Source: Candidatus Cloacimonadales bacterium
GTDB taxonomy: Bacteria; Cloacimonadota; Cloacimonadia; Cloacimonadales; JAIOQZ01
Assembly (NCBI GenBank): GCA_963662655.2
Contig: CAXXTU010000002.1
Span: forward strand, 2,912,001-2,976,000
Reading direction: 5' to 3'
Length of the DNA stretch: 64,000 bases
Under the pieces are notes generated by a model. That model did no database searches. It saw nothing but the letters and a program-made list of their open reading frames with translations, and was not told where the DNA came from. The position numbers and the translations under genes were made by a program. Positions 46,280-57,956 of the stretch are shown here, one piece after another; the first letter of the stretch is position 1; every line of letters starts with the position of its first letter.

Positions 46280-47420
46280 AAAAACGAAGGTTTTTATCGA
46301 ACGGATTGATCAATACGATCCAGATAAACTATACAGCTTTGTCAAAAGAACGCTTGGCCCGGTTCTGGATGCGAATCCGGACAAGAAGACCATTCTGCTC
46401 AAGCCGAATTTACTTGGAAGATTCCCGGTCGAGAAGGCGGTAACGACCCACCCGTTGGTCATGGATGCCGTGGCGCGGCTTCTTCATGAAAAGGGGCGGG
46501 AAATCTGGATCGGAGATTCCTCCGGCGGAACGGTCAGCAGCGATTTTGTATATAAAGGTACCGGCGTTTCGGAAGTTGTCGAGAAATACGGGGCAAAGGC
46601 GGTCAGTTTCGAGAAGAGCGGGGCAGTGAAGCGGAGTGTACGCTTCCCGGACGGATCGACGTACGAGCTGATCTTCTCCAAGGTCTGGTTCGATGCCGAC
46701 GCCGTTATCAACCTTTGCAAGCTGAAAACGCACAGTCTCATGAGATACACTGGGGCCGTGAAGAATCTCTACGGCGTGATACCCGGACTCAAGAAAGTGG
46801 ACTTCCACAGGGAATTTCCCAAGCCGCCTCAATTCGGAAAGCTGCTAACGGAGATTTATCAGCAGTTGAAGGGCAAGATACTGTTCAATGTGATGGACGG
46901 TATCCTCGGTATGGAAGGGACGGGGCCGTCTTCCGGCAAGCCGAGGAAATTCAACACGATGTTCGCATCGGAGAGCGCCCCGGCGCTGGATAAAATCGCT
47001 CTGGAAGCGATGGGCTTCAAGCTGAAACAGATTGACTATGTGAACAAGGCGCTGGAACGGGACGGGTTATCCCCGGAAATGATTATCCCCGAGATCGAGC
47101 AATTGAATTACGGGAAGGTCGATATCCAGTCCGTGCTGTGGCGAAGCCGTTTTCTTGGGTCGTTGCCAGGGGACGTTCGTAAAATACTTCGAAAAATCAT
47201 TGACTATTATCCTGCTTATAAGACAAACTGTAAATTGTGTGGCATTTGTGTTGAAAGTTGTCCCGTCAAAGCGATTACCCTGCCGAAGGGAGCAGGATTG
47301 CCTGTCATCGATCGTAATAAATGTATTAAATGCCTTTGCTGCCATGAGTTTTGTCCGCATGAAGCAATGGAAATCAAGGGTACCTTTATTGCCAACCTGA
47401 TTCTGCGAAGAGAAAAATGA
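46272..47420 (+). CDS. DUF362-domain protein with C-terminal 2x[4Fe-4S] ferredoxin domain
   Basis: LLKPNL, AVTTHP, KLKTH...TGAVKNLYG and MEGTGPSSG motifs; CKLCGICVESCP and CIKCLCCHEFCP. Confidence 0.9.
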   Translation: MSKKTKVFIERIDQYDPDKLYSFVKRTLGPVLDANPDKKTILLKPNLLGRFPVEKAVTTHPLVMDAVARLLHEKGREIWIGDSSGGTVSSDFVYKGTGVSEVVEKYGAKAVSFEKSGAVKRSVRFPDGSTYELIFSKVWFDADAVINLCKLKTHSLMRYTGAVKNLYGVIPGLKKVDFHREFPKPPQFGKLLTEIYQQLKGKILFNVMDGILGMEGTGPSSGKPRKFNTMFASESAPALDKIALEAMGFKLKQIDYVNKALERDGLSPEMIIPEIEQLNYGKVDIQSVLWRSRFLGSLPGDVRKILRKIIDYYPAYKTNCKLCGICVESCPVKAITLPKGAGLPVIDRNKCIKCLCCHEFCPHEAMEIKGTFIANLILRREK

Positions 47421-48067
47421 TGTTTGATGGTGTTCGAATCCGGTGGTTTGGCCACAGTATGTGGAAGATCGCTACCGGCAAGGTTTCGATAATTACCGAT
47501 CCTTTCTCCGATATAGGCTATCCCATGCCTGATGGGGAAACAGCGGATATTGTTCTGTCCAGCCACGGCCACCACGACCATAACAACTTCGATCTGATTC
47601 AGGGCAGTTACAAACGTATCGACACGGAAGGTAAATACCTCGAACACGGGATTCACATCGAGATGATCCCCGTCTGGCACGATGAAGAGCAAGGATGCAA
47701 GCGCGGAAAGAACCTGCTGATGAAGTTTTCTATCGGCGATACGGTTTTTCTTCATTGCGGCGATCTCGGGCACACGCTCGGCGACGAAGTCCTTAAGCAG
47801 CTTGGGAAGATCGATGTAATGTTCATCCCGGTTGGCGGGACGTTCACTGTCGATGCCAAAGAGGCGCACCGGGTGGTGAAGAGCATCGCCCCTGCCGTTG
47901 TCTTTCCCATGCATTATCGAACAAAAGCTCTGCGGTTCCCGCTGGGCAGTGCAGATGAGTATCTCGCGCTTGTTGATGAATACCGGGTGATTGAAAGCAA
48001 CGAGGTTTTGCTGACGGAAGACGATCTTTCCAGGAAGCAAACCATCGTTATGCAGTACGGGGATTAA
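47417..48067 (+). CDS. Metallo-beta-lactamase-fold hydrolase (UPF0173/Lactamase_B_3-like)
   Basis: WFGHS, TDPF, SHGHHDH, HCGDLG, IPVGG and PMHY motifs. Confidence 0.9.
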   Translation: MMFDGVRIRWFGHSMWKIATGKVSIITDPFSDIGYPMPDGETADIVLSSHGHHDHNNFDLIQGSYKRIDTEGKYLEHGIHIEMIPVWHDEEQGCKRGKNLLMKFSIGDTVFLHCGDLGHTLGDEVLKQLGKIDVMFIPVGGTFTVDAKEAHRVVKSIAPAVVFPMHYRTKALRFPLGSADEYLALVDEYRVIESNEVLLTEDDLSRKQTIVMQYGD

Positions 48068-48072
48068 AAAAA

Positions 48073-48378
48073 ATGGGTCAGAAGAAAAAAAAGGGCGGCC
48101 TGATTCTTAAGTTGATCATTGTGGTCGGGCTTGCCTATTTGTTTTTCATTGACAGTTCGAGCGTGTATCGATTGATCACAACGAAAATGAGGGCTGCGAA
48201 AATTCAAAATCAAATTGACCAGTACCGAACTGAACGTGATTCATTAAAAACTCTGAACGAGGAATTGGAAAACAATCCGAAAGCAATCGAGAAAATAGCC
48301 CGGGAAAAACTGGGTATGCAAAAGGACGGTGAAGAGGTCTATCGTTTCTTCCTTGAAGAAGAAGACGATAACGAGTAG
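48073..48378 (+). CDS. Septum formation initiator (FtsB/DivIC family)
   Basis: N-terminal TM segment, coiled coil and IEKIAREKLGM..GE motif. Confidence 0.85.
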   Translation: MGQKKKKGGLILKLIIVVGLAYLFFIDSSSVYRLITTKMRAAKIQNQIDQYRTERDSLKTLNEELENNPKAIEKIAREKLGMQKDGEEVYRFFLEEEDDNE

Positions 48379-48552
48379 GGAAGGGATTCTACGCAAAAAT
48401 ACGAATCCGATGTCAAATCTTGAAATGATGAAAGAAAAAAAACGAAAAAAAAATTGACAACGCGTTGCCGTTTCCGGTCAATTTACAAGATATTGAGCTT
48501 CAAAAGTAAGGAAAAAAATCTCACATAATTCTACTACACTGAGGAGGAAGTT

Positions 48553-51500
48553 ATGAAGCAAAGTTCTCGTGCATGGATTTTCGTGATTCTTGGGCTCTTT
48601 CTTTGCGCTTCGCTGTTGGTTGCCAAAACCCCAGAGGTTAAGGCGATAGACCCAACAGGACCCGCTCCAAGAACATTCCATCACAGCACATCAACACAAC
48701 CCACAACCTTTCCACAAAACTTCAGGGCTGAAGTTGCCTACGGCGTCGTATGTTACGATCCGAGCGGTGCTTTGTCTGATGGTCCGGTGACATTCGCGCT
48801 GGACACCCCTGGAACCATGACGCAGCTCGCCGAAGACGCTGGTGAACTGATTACAGCATCCAGTATCGATGCCGAGCAGACATGGTATGCGATCGAGTAC
48901 TACTCCCACAACCTCGTGACATTCGATTACGAGACGGGCGCACGTACTGTCGTTGCCACAATCACGGCTCCTGGTGGTCGTACCTGGACAGGTATGGCTT
49001 TTGATTTCTCTACCATGACCATGTATGGTATCTGCTACTCCAGCGGCGTTGACGCAGCGCTTTGTACGATCGATCTCGATTCATACGAAGTTGCTGTCGT
49101 GGGTACTACTACAGACCTTACTACCCCGATCAACCTTGCTTGCAGCAACGAAGGTCAGCTTTATCTTGTCGATATCGGCGATGACAACCTGTATCGTATG
49201 GACAAGACAGACGCTTCGGTTGAAGTTGTAGGCGCGATCGGCTTCGATTGTATCTACGCGCAGGATATGGCGTTCGACCACGATGAAAACATCTTGTACA
49301 TGGGCGCATATTCCGACGCACTCGACGGCGAACTTCGTACCGTCAATCTTCAAACAGGTGCAACAACTGTTATCGGCGCTCTGCAAGGCGGAGTTGAAAT
49401 GCCCGGTTTCGTTATTCCGAGCTATCCGGCCGAGCCGGGAGCACCAGCAGCACCGACCAACTTCGTTCTTACACCGGACGCCGGTGGCGCTCTCGAGTGT
49501 GAACTGTCATGGACGAACCCATCAGAAACATTTGATGGCGAAACCCTTACAGAGCTCGACGTAGTGGTTGTTTACCGCAACGACGAACTGATTTACACGC
49601 TCGACAATCCTACGATCGGCGCTAACGTAACATGGACCGACGATACCATGGACGCTCCATTAATGGCCGTCTACAGAGTATTCGGTTCGAACACGGAAGG
49701 CGACGGCCCAGCTGTAACAGGCAATGCCTGGGTTGGCGAAGACGTTCCTGCCGCTGTTACCGATCTCGTACTCACCGCGAACAACTACAACGGTCGTCTT
49801 ACCTGGACGAACCCTACTACCGGTCTTCACGGTGGACCTTTCAACAACCCGATTACCGGCTATCGGCTCGAACGTAGCGATGGCGAAGTGATCAACATAA
49901 CCGGCCAGACAACCATGTACGACGATACCACGATCGAATTCGGCGGAACCTACTTCTATGAAGTATCCGCTGTAAACGCAAGTGGCGTTGGCGCACCGGC
50001 CGTTTCGAACGGTTGCTTGATTCTCACACCGGGAACCATGGTCTACGCAGACTTCGAAACCGGCGATATGCCTGAAGGCTGGACGGAAGAATTCGTCAGC
50101 GGAACAAGCAGCTGGATCTTCCAGGCTGGTGGTTACAGCTCTCATCCCGCAACAGCTCATGGCGGTGAATACAACGCGCTTCTCTATGTTGGAAACTCGA
50201 ACGGCGATATCACTCGTCTTGTGTCTCCGCAATTCAACATCACCGACGGCGCGGTTCTCTCATTCTGGCACACACAGCCAATATGGGCTACCGACCAGGA
50301 TCAAATGACGTTGGTCTATCGCAACACACCTGATGGTGAATGGACCGAAATCCAATCATGGACCGAAAGCATCACCGATTGGACAGAAGAAGTCATTACC
50401 CTTCCGAACGCAAGCACGACCTATCAGATTGCTTTCGAAGGTTTGGCGATTTACGGATACGGCATTGGTATCGACGATGTCATCGTATCGGGCGAAGCGG
50501 GAGAAGTTGGAACGATCGAAGGTACCGTTACTCTCAACGGCGGCTCCGGCGTTATCACTGAAGTTGAAGTTGAAGCTGGTGGAACCATGGTTCATCCAGA
50601 CCTCAACGGTGACTACGCGATTACGCTGGCAACCGGAACATACGACGTGACAGCAACCCTCTTCGGCTATGCCGATGTCGTTGTTGAAAACGTTGTTGTT
50701 CAGGCCGACCAGACAACCGACAACGTTGATTTCACCCTCATACCGAATCCTAACGTAACCGTTACCGGTCGCTGCGTTGGTAGCGATTATCCGAACGTCG
50801 GTCTTGCGAACGTACAGATTGACATTACCGGTTACGACACATACCAGGCATTTACCAATGCCGACGGTTACTTCACAATCGATGGCGTATGGGCAGACCA
50901 TACGTACCAGATTACAGCGATGGTCGAAGGCTACGACATGTATGTCGGTGAAGCCATTGTCGGTGATTCCGATACTGATCTTGGCGACATCATCCTTCCT
51001 GAAATCGCAAGCCCTCCATATAACCTTATTGCTACACAGAACGCTGAAGGAACCGAAGCATACCTGGTATGGAACTCACCTACCGGCTCACTCGAATCCT
51101 TCTTCGATTTCGATAGCGATGACGGCGAATTTGTCAGCAGCGATCCAGTCGGTTGGCAATGGGGTCAAGATACGACCAACGGATATCATTCCGAGCCAAA
51201 CGTATGGGCAACTGTACTCAACAACAATTACGCCAACAGCGCTAACTGGTGGCTGGATTCTCCGGAAATCATCGTCAGCAACAACTCGGTTCTTACCTTC
51301 TGGCATTATTACAATACAGAAGGGTCTGCCACATATACCTATGATGGCGGTAACGTTAAGATATCGATCGACGGTGGAGATAGCTGGGAAGTTATCAATC
51401 CGGTTGGCGAATATCCTTCCCCTGCGGCACACGCCAACAACGTTGCTATCCCTGGTGAACCATGCTACTTCGGTACATCCGAAGGCTGGGTACTGGCAAC

Positions 51501-54500
51501 ATTCGACCTCGCGGCGTATGTCGGCGAAGAAGCAATGTTCCGCTGGCACTTTGGATCCGACGGATCCGTCAATGGCTACCGTGGTTGGTACATCGACGAT
51601 GTCCGCGTAGGAATGCCGGAAGAACGTTTCGCTCTTCAACAAGATAGCGATAACCTTCACTGGGTATCCAACATTGCAACAACCAGAGACCGTATCATCG
51701 AACAGTTTGCGGTGTATCGCATGCTTCTCGGTGAAGAAGATACTCCTGAAAACTGGACCCTGGTCAACTACGACGTAGCTGACACAACATACACTGACAC
51801 CGATTGGGCTGATGTCGATACAAACATCTACCAATACGCAGTGAGAGCAATTTATACGAACGGTATCGAATCTGAAGCGACAGTTTCCGACTGGCTTGCC
51901 AAAGACTACTATACTACTTGTACCGTTACCGTGAACTCCGCTACCGGCGATCCACTCGATGGAACAGTCATCAACCTGACTTGCCAGTCGGCTGATCCGG
52001 ATGGTGTATATCCTGAATACGAACAGGTGCTCGAAGACGGAGCAACCTCGGCTTACTTCCCGATGGTATGGCGCGGAATCTATGATGTGACCGTCGTACT
52101 CGAAGGCGCAGAGCCGATTCAGGAAGTTCACGATATCAACAACCCTGCTGAAATCACCGTTACCCTTACCGAGCTGACGCCTCCGGTTTCCGGAATCGAC
52201 GCTACCGTCACCGACAACGATGTTACGCTCATGTGGCGTACTCCGTCGGCTTCTTCGGAATTCAATTTCGACGATGACGATTGCGATTTCGTCAGCAACG
52301 ACGCTGCCGGCTGGCAGTGGGGTGAAGACGCGACAACAGGCGCTCACTCCGAACCGAACGTATGGGGTACAAAGCTCAACAGCCAGTACACCAATGATGC
52401 CAACTGGACGCTTGATTCACCGGAAATCTCGATCGGTGGAAACAGTGTGTTGACCTTCTGGCATTACTACAACTCCGAAGGAAGCGATACCTACACATAC
52501 GATGCAGGTAACGTAAAAATCTCGGTTGACGGTGGAGACACCTGGACCGTGATCACACCGGAAGGTGGATATCCTTCTCCCGCCGCGTACAGCACAAACG
52601 CCGCTATCCCTGGCGAACCATGCTACTTCGGTAACTCGGACGGCTGGGTACAGGCTGTATTCAACCTCGAAGCATACAGCGGCCAGACAGCAATGTTCCG
52701 CTGGCACTTCGGTACCGACGGTTCTGTCACAAGCTACATCGGCTGGTACATCGACGACGTATACGTTGGCGCACCGGAAACACGCGTAGCCCTCAACAAC
52801 AGAACTCGCAACAGCGCGAACCGCAACGACCGCGCACTCGAAGGTTACGAACTCTATCGTAACACTGTCCTGATCGACGGTACACTCACTCCGGCCGATA
52901 CGGTCTATGTTGATCAAGACCTTGCCGATGGCGTTTATACCTACGAAGTCGTTGCCGTTTACACGACAGGTAACGCCGATCCAGCTTCGGTAACCGTACA
53001 GGTATATCCTCTTGATATCACCGGTACCGTTTACACGAGCGACAACCCTGAAGTAGGAATCGACGGAGCGCTTGTCGTTCTCGAAAATGAAGAATACTAC
53101 TGGGAAGCTACTACGGTTGACGGAGAATTCGCATTCTTCGGCGTCAACGGTATGCAGACCTATACCCTTACCATCACCTATGAAGGTGGCGATGCGTTCT
53201 ATGAACCGTATACCACTGAAATCACCGTGACGGATCAGGATGTGCCGCTTGGCGACATCACCCTCTCCGAAATCACACCGGCTCCGGGCGCTGTTATCGC
53301 AACCGAGAACACGGATCATACCGAAGTCGATCTTGTATGGGGTACTCCGGGTTCCGGCTCAGTTGAAGAGTTCCGTTATGACGACGGCAATATCATCAGC
53401 CAGCTTGGTTGGGGTAGCTCGTCTGAAGTTCGCCTTGGCGCAACTCACTACCATAACGCGGAAATCCAGTCCATTACCTGGTACCTGACAAGCAATGCCG
53501 CTCACACAGCTTGTGACCTCTACATCTACGGCGTGTCTGAAGACGGCACACCGAATGCGGAAGACGTGCTCTTCGAAATGACCAACGTGCCTAGCGTTGA
53601 CGATTCATGGAATACCTACGAGCTCGAGACTCCGGTTGAAGCTCCGAACGGATTCTTTGTTGGCGTGAACACCCCGACAGCATTCGTCGCTCTCGGTACG
53701 GACGACGGCGTTGACGATCCTTATGTATTCCAACCCGGAACACAGTGGGCAACCAACACCGTTAGCACGAACGAATGGCACGATATCCAAGAATTCGATT
53801 TCCCAGTTAACTACGCTATCCGCGTTAGTGGATACGATTACGGCGAGCTCGATACTCGTCACCACCACGTAGCCAGCACTCCTGACTCGAAAGCCAAGGC
53901 TCTTGACGCTCCTACGCTGATCCCTGGCTATGTCATGAACAAGAACGAATCACGCACCGTTAAGGGCCAAAAAGAAGAAGCTCCGACATTCGGAAGCTTC
54001 AACTCCACGGTCAATACGACACGTGATCGCGCACTCATCGGCTACGATATCTATCGTCTCGACGTCGAAGACATCGACAATCCTGAACTGTGGGATCACC
54101 TCACCGATGAATATGTAACCGACACGACATTCGTCGACGTGACTTGGGAAGACGTTCCATCCGGTGTTTACCAGTGGGCAGTATTCGCAATGTACACGAA
54201 CGACAACCCGTCGGATCCTAGATTCTCGAACGAGGTTCCACGCGATATGACAGCAGCTGTCACCATCAACGTTACCACGAACTCTGGCGACAGCCCGGCT
54301 GGCGCAACGGTTTCCCTGGTAAATCAGGATGGCGATGAAGCTCATGTATACGAAGCTGTAGTACCGGCAAGCGGAAGCATCTTCTTCCCGGCTGTATGGC
54401 TTGGCTTCTACAACCTCACCGTTGAACTCGACGGATTTGACGTGTACGTTGAAAACAACGTGATCGTCGATGATCCGGAAGATGGCGAAGAATTCGATAT

Positions 54501-55659
54501 CGAACTCGAAGAAGCTCTTACTGCCGTTATCTACGGTCAGTACGAAGTTGACGGTGGCGATGTTCACCTGTGGTGGAATGAACCTGGCGTTGGAAACGGC
54601 GCAGACTTCTCCGAAGACTTCGAAAGCGGCGATCTCTCAACCGGCTGGTCGACTGAAGGTATTTCAACAGACACATCCGGTAGCACACCAGGATACTTCA
54701 CCGTGTCCGATTACAGCAGCGATACATTCGCACCGTACGGAACATACCACGCAGGACTGTGGTGGTCTAACTCCGCACAGGATGAATGGCTGATCACACC
54801 TGAATTCAGCTGCGGCGCAAACACATCCATCACCTGGTCATGTGTTGCGTACGAAGGTTCTACCTATAACGATCACTACTATCTGAAGGTTTCCGACGAT
54901 GGTGGCGACACATGGGAAGCTGTATGGGATGCATCCGCACTTACCGGCGCAGCATGGAACTACTACGATCACGACTACACAATCGATCTCAGTGACTACA
55001 ACGGAAGCGATATCACGCTTGCCTGGAACTGTGTCGACGGCGATAGTCAGGGACTCTGGTACGTCTTCTTCGTCGATAACATCACTGTCACCTCCGGTGA
55101 TACCGTGATCCACTTCGACGGAAGCGACCTGACCCAGGAATCACGCAGCAGCAAGACCAATAAGGTTCAAATCAATCATCGCGATCGCGCACTCCTCGGC
55201 TACAAGATCGTCCGCGGCGGCGAAGTAATCGTAGAGCTTCAGTCGGATCGTGAATACTTCGACCTGAACAGACCTTCCGGTACATGGACATACTTCGTGT
55301 ACGCAGTATACTCGACCGGCGATGCAGAGCCATTGGTATACAGCGGTATCGTAAGCAACGATGATGTTGTCGTGCCGGAATACTCGACAGAATTGGTAGG
55401 TAACTGCCCGAACCCGTTCAACCCGCAAACGAGCATCAACTTCTCGCTTGCTGAACCGGGTAAGGTTACCATCGATATCTACAACATCAAGGGTCAGAAA
55501 GTCCGCAGCCTTGTGAACGACAAATACGATCAAGGTAACCACAAGGTAGTTTGGAACGGTACCGACGACACCAACCGCGGCGTTGGTAGCGGTATCTACT
55601 TCTACAAGATGAAGAGCGGACGCTATACCTCAACCAAGAAGATGATCCTGCTCAAATAA
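48553..55659 (+). CDS. Giant acidic surface protein: propeller-like N-terminus, FN3-like, cleaved-adhesin/MAM-like and carboxypeptidase-regulatory-like domains, T9SS/FlgD-type CTD
   Basis: GAGGAGG SD; signal peptide; repeated L.W..P / GY..YR FN3 halves; ADFETG...P.GW and DEWLITP cleaved-adhesin motifs; CTD GNCPNPFNPQT...IYNIKGQKVRSLV...SGIYFY...KKMILLK. Confidence 0.85.
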   Translation: MKQSSRAWIFVILGLFLCASLLVAKTPEVKAIDPTGPAPRTFHHSTSTQPTTFPQNFRAEVAYGVVCYDPSGALSDGPVTFALDTPGTMTQLAEDAGELITASSIDAEQTWYAIEYYSHNLVTFDYETGARTVVATITAPGGRTWTGMAFDFSTMTMYGICYSSGVDAALCTIDLDSYEVAVVGTTTDLTTPINLACSNEGQLYLVDIGDDNLYRMDKTDASVEVVGAIGFDCIYAQDMAFDHDENILYMGAYSDALDGELRTVNLQTGATTVIGALQGGVEMPGFVIPSYPAEPGAPAAPTNFVLTPDAGGALECELSWTNPSETFDGETLTELDVVVVYRNDELIYTLDNPTIGANVTWTDDTMDAPLMAVYRVFGSNTEGDGPAVTGNAWVGEDVPAAVTDLVLTANNYNGRLTWTNPTTGLHGGPFNNPITGYRLERSDGEVINITGQTTMYDDTTIEFGGTYFYEVSAVNASGVGAPAVSNGCLILTPGTMVYADFETGDMPEGWTEEFVSGTSSWIFQAGGYSSHPATAHGGEYNALLYVGNSNGDITRLVSPQFNITDGAVLSFWHTQPIWATDQDQMTLVYRNTPDGEWTEIQSWTESITDWTEEVITLPNASTTYQIAFEGLAIYGYGIGIDDVIVSGEAGEVGTIEGTVTLNGGSGVITEVEVEAGGTMVHPDLNGDYAITLATGTYDVTATLFGYADVVVENVVVQADQTTDNVDFTLIPNPNVTVTGRCVGSDYPNVGLANVQIDITGYDTYQAFTNADGYFTIDGVWADHTYQITAMVEGYDMYVGEAIVGDSDTDLGDIILPEIASPPYNLIATQNAEGTEAYLVWNSPTGSLESFFDFDSDDGEFVSSDPVGWQWGQDTTNGYHSEPNVWATVLNNNYANSANWWLDSPEIIVSNNSVLTFWHYYNTEGSATYTYDGGNVKISIDGGDSWEVINPVGEYPSPAAHANNVAIPGEPCYFGTSEGWVLATFDLAAYVGEEAMFRWHFGSDGSVNGYRGWYIDDVRVGMPEERFALQQDSDNLHWVSNIATTRDRIIEQFAVYRMLLGEEDTPENWTLVNYDVADTTYTDTDWADVDTNIYQYAVRAIYTNGIESEATVSDWLAKDYYTTCTVTVNSATGDPLDGTVINLTCQSADPDGVYPEYEQVLEDGATSAYFPMVWRGIYDVTVVLEGAEPIQEVHDINNPAEITVTLTELTPPVSGIDATVTDNDVTLMWRTPSASSEFNFDDDDCDFVSNDAAGWQWGEDATTGAHSEPNVWGTKLNSQYTNDANWTLDSPEISIGGNSVLTFWHYYNSEGSDTYTYDAGNVKISVDGGDTWTVITPEGGYPSPAAYSTNAAIPGEPCYFGNSDGWVQAVFNLEAYSGQTAMFRWHFGTDGSVTSYIGWYIDDVYVGAPETRVALNNRTRNSANRNDRALEGYELYRNTVLIDGTLTPADTVYVDQDLADGVYTYEVVAVYTTGNADPASVTVQVYPLDITGTVYTSDNPEVGIDGALVVLENEEYYWEATTVDGEFAFFGVNGMQTYTLTITYEGGDAFYEPYTTEITVTDQDVPLGDITLSEITPAPGAVIATENTDHTEVDLVWGTPGSGSVEEFRYDDGNIISQLGWGSSSEVRLGATHYHNAEIQSITWYLTSNAAHTACDLYIYGVSEDGTPNAEDVLFEMTNVPSVDDSWNTYELETPVEAPNGFFVGVNTPTAFVALGTDDGVDDPYVFQPGTQWATNTVSTNEWHDIQEFDFPVNYAIRVSGYDYGELDTRHHHVASTPDSKAKALDAPTLIPGYVMNKNESRTVKGQKEEAPTFGSFNSTVNTTRDRALIGYDIYRLDVEDIDNPELWDHLTDEYVTDTTFVDVTWEDVPSGVYQWAVFAMYTNDNPSDPRFSNEVPRDMTAAVTINVTTNSGDSPAGATVSLVNQDGDEAHVYEAVVPASGSIFFPAVWLGFYNLTVELDGFDVYVENNVIVDDPEDGEEFDIELEEALTAVIYGQYEVDGGDVHLWWNEPGVGNGADFSEDFESGDLSTGWSTEGISTDTSGSTPGYFTVSDYSSDTFAPYGTYHAGLWWSNSAQDEWLITPEFSCGANTSITWSCVAYEGSTYNDHYYLKVSDDGGDTWEAVWDASALTGAAWNYYDHDYTIDLSDYNGSDITLAWNCVDGDSQGLWYVFFVDNITVTSGDTVIHFDGSDLTQESRSSKTNKVQINHRDRALLGYKIVRGGEVIVELQSDREYFDLNRPSGTWTYFVYAVYSTGDAEPLVYSGIVSNDDVVVPEYSTELVGNCPNPFNPQTSINFSLAEPGKVTIDIYNIKGQKVRSLVNDKYDQGNHKVVWNGTDDTNRGVGSGIYFYKMKSGRYTSTKKMILLK
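51100..52780 (+). repeat. Internal domain duplication within the 2368-aa gene (~51100-51620 and ~52261-52780)
   Basis: Two ~170-aa copies: F.FD.DD..FVS.D..GWQWG.D...G.HSEPNVW...LDSPEI...LTFWHYYN.EG...GNVKIS.DGG..W...PGEPCYFG.S.GW...MFRWHFG.DGSV..Y.GWYIDDV.VG.PE. Confidence 0.85.
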
Positions 55660-55679
55660 GCAAGATCACCGAAATAATC

Positions 55680-55709
55680 AAAGACCCCGAAGAAATTCGG
55701 GGTCTTTTT
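55680..55709 (+). terminator. Intrinsic terminator after the giant CTD protein
   Basis: aaagaccccgaa-gaaa-ttcggggtcttt followed by Ts. Confidence 0.85.
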
Positions 55710-56018
55710 CTATGCAAACAACACCCTTTTTGATCGATGGACGTCCAATGATCAACTCCCTGCCATCGCATTTTCCTTACATTTTCAAGCTCAAAAACGA
55801 TGTGAGTAGTAAGCTGACGGAAGTATTAACCATATGGTTAAAAAATATGTGTGTTCCGAGTGAAAAAACCAAACCGTAAAGTGGCTTCTGGAGCGGGTTT
55901 GAGGCACCTCAGTAAGGGGCGGAATAAAAAGTATTTCCTAAACAAAAAAAAGGTTGACACGGATACGGGGCGGGAAGAAAATACATCGTTAATAAGTTAT
56001 TGTCAGATAACATCTTAA

Positions 56019-57929
<1,911 letters not shown>

Positions 57930-57956
57930 GCGCGGCAGCGAGATGTTGGAGGTAAA

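Noticed and set aside
51088..52347. 419-aa antisense ORF and other reverse ORFs inside the 2368-aa gene
   Set aside because: Mirror-frame artefacts of the biased codon usage of the real gene.
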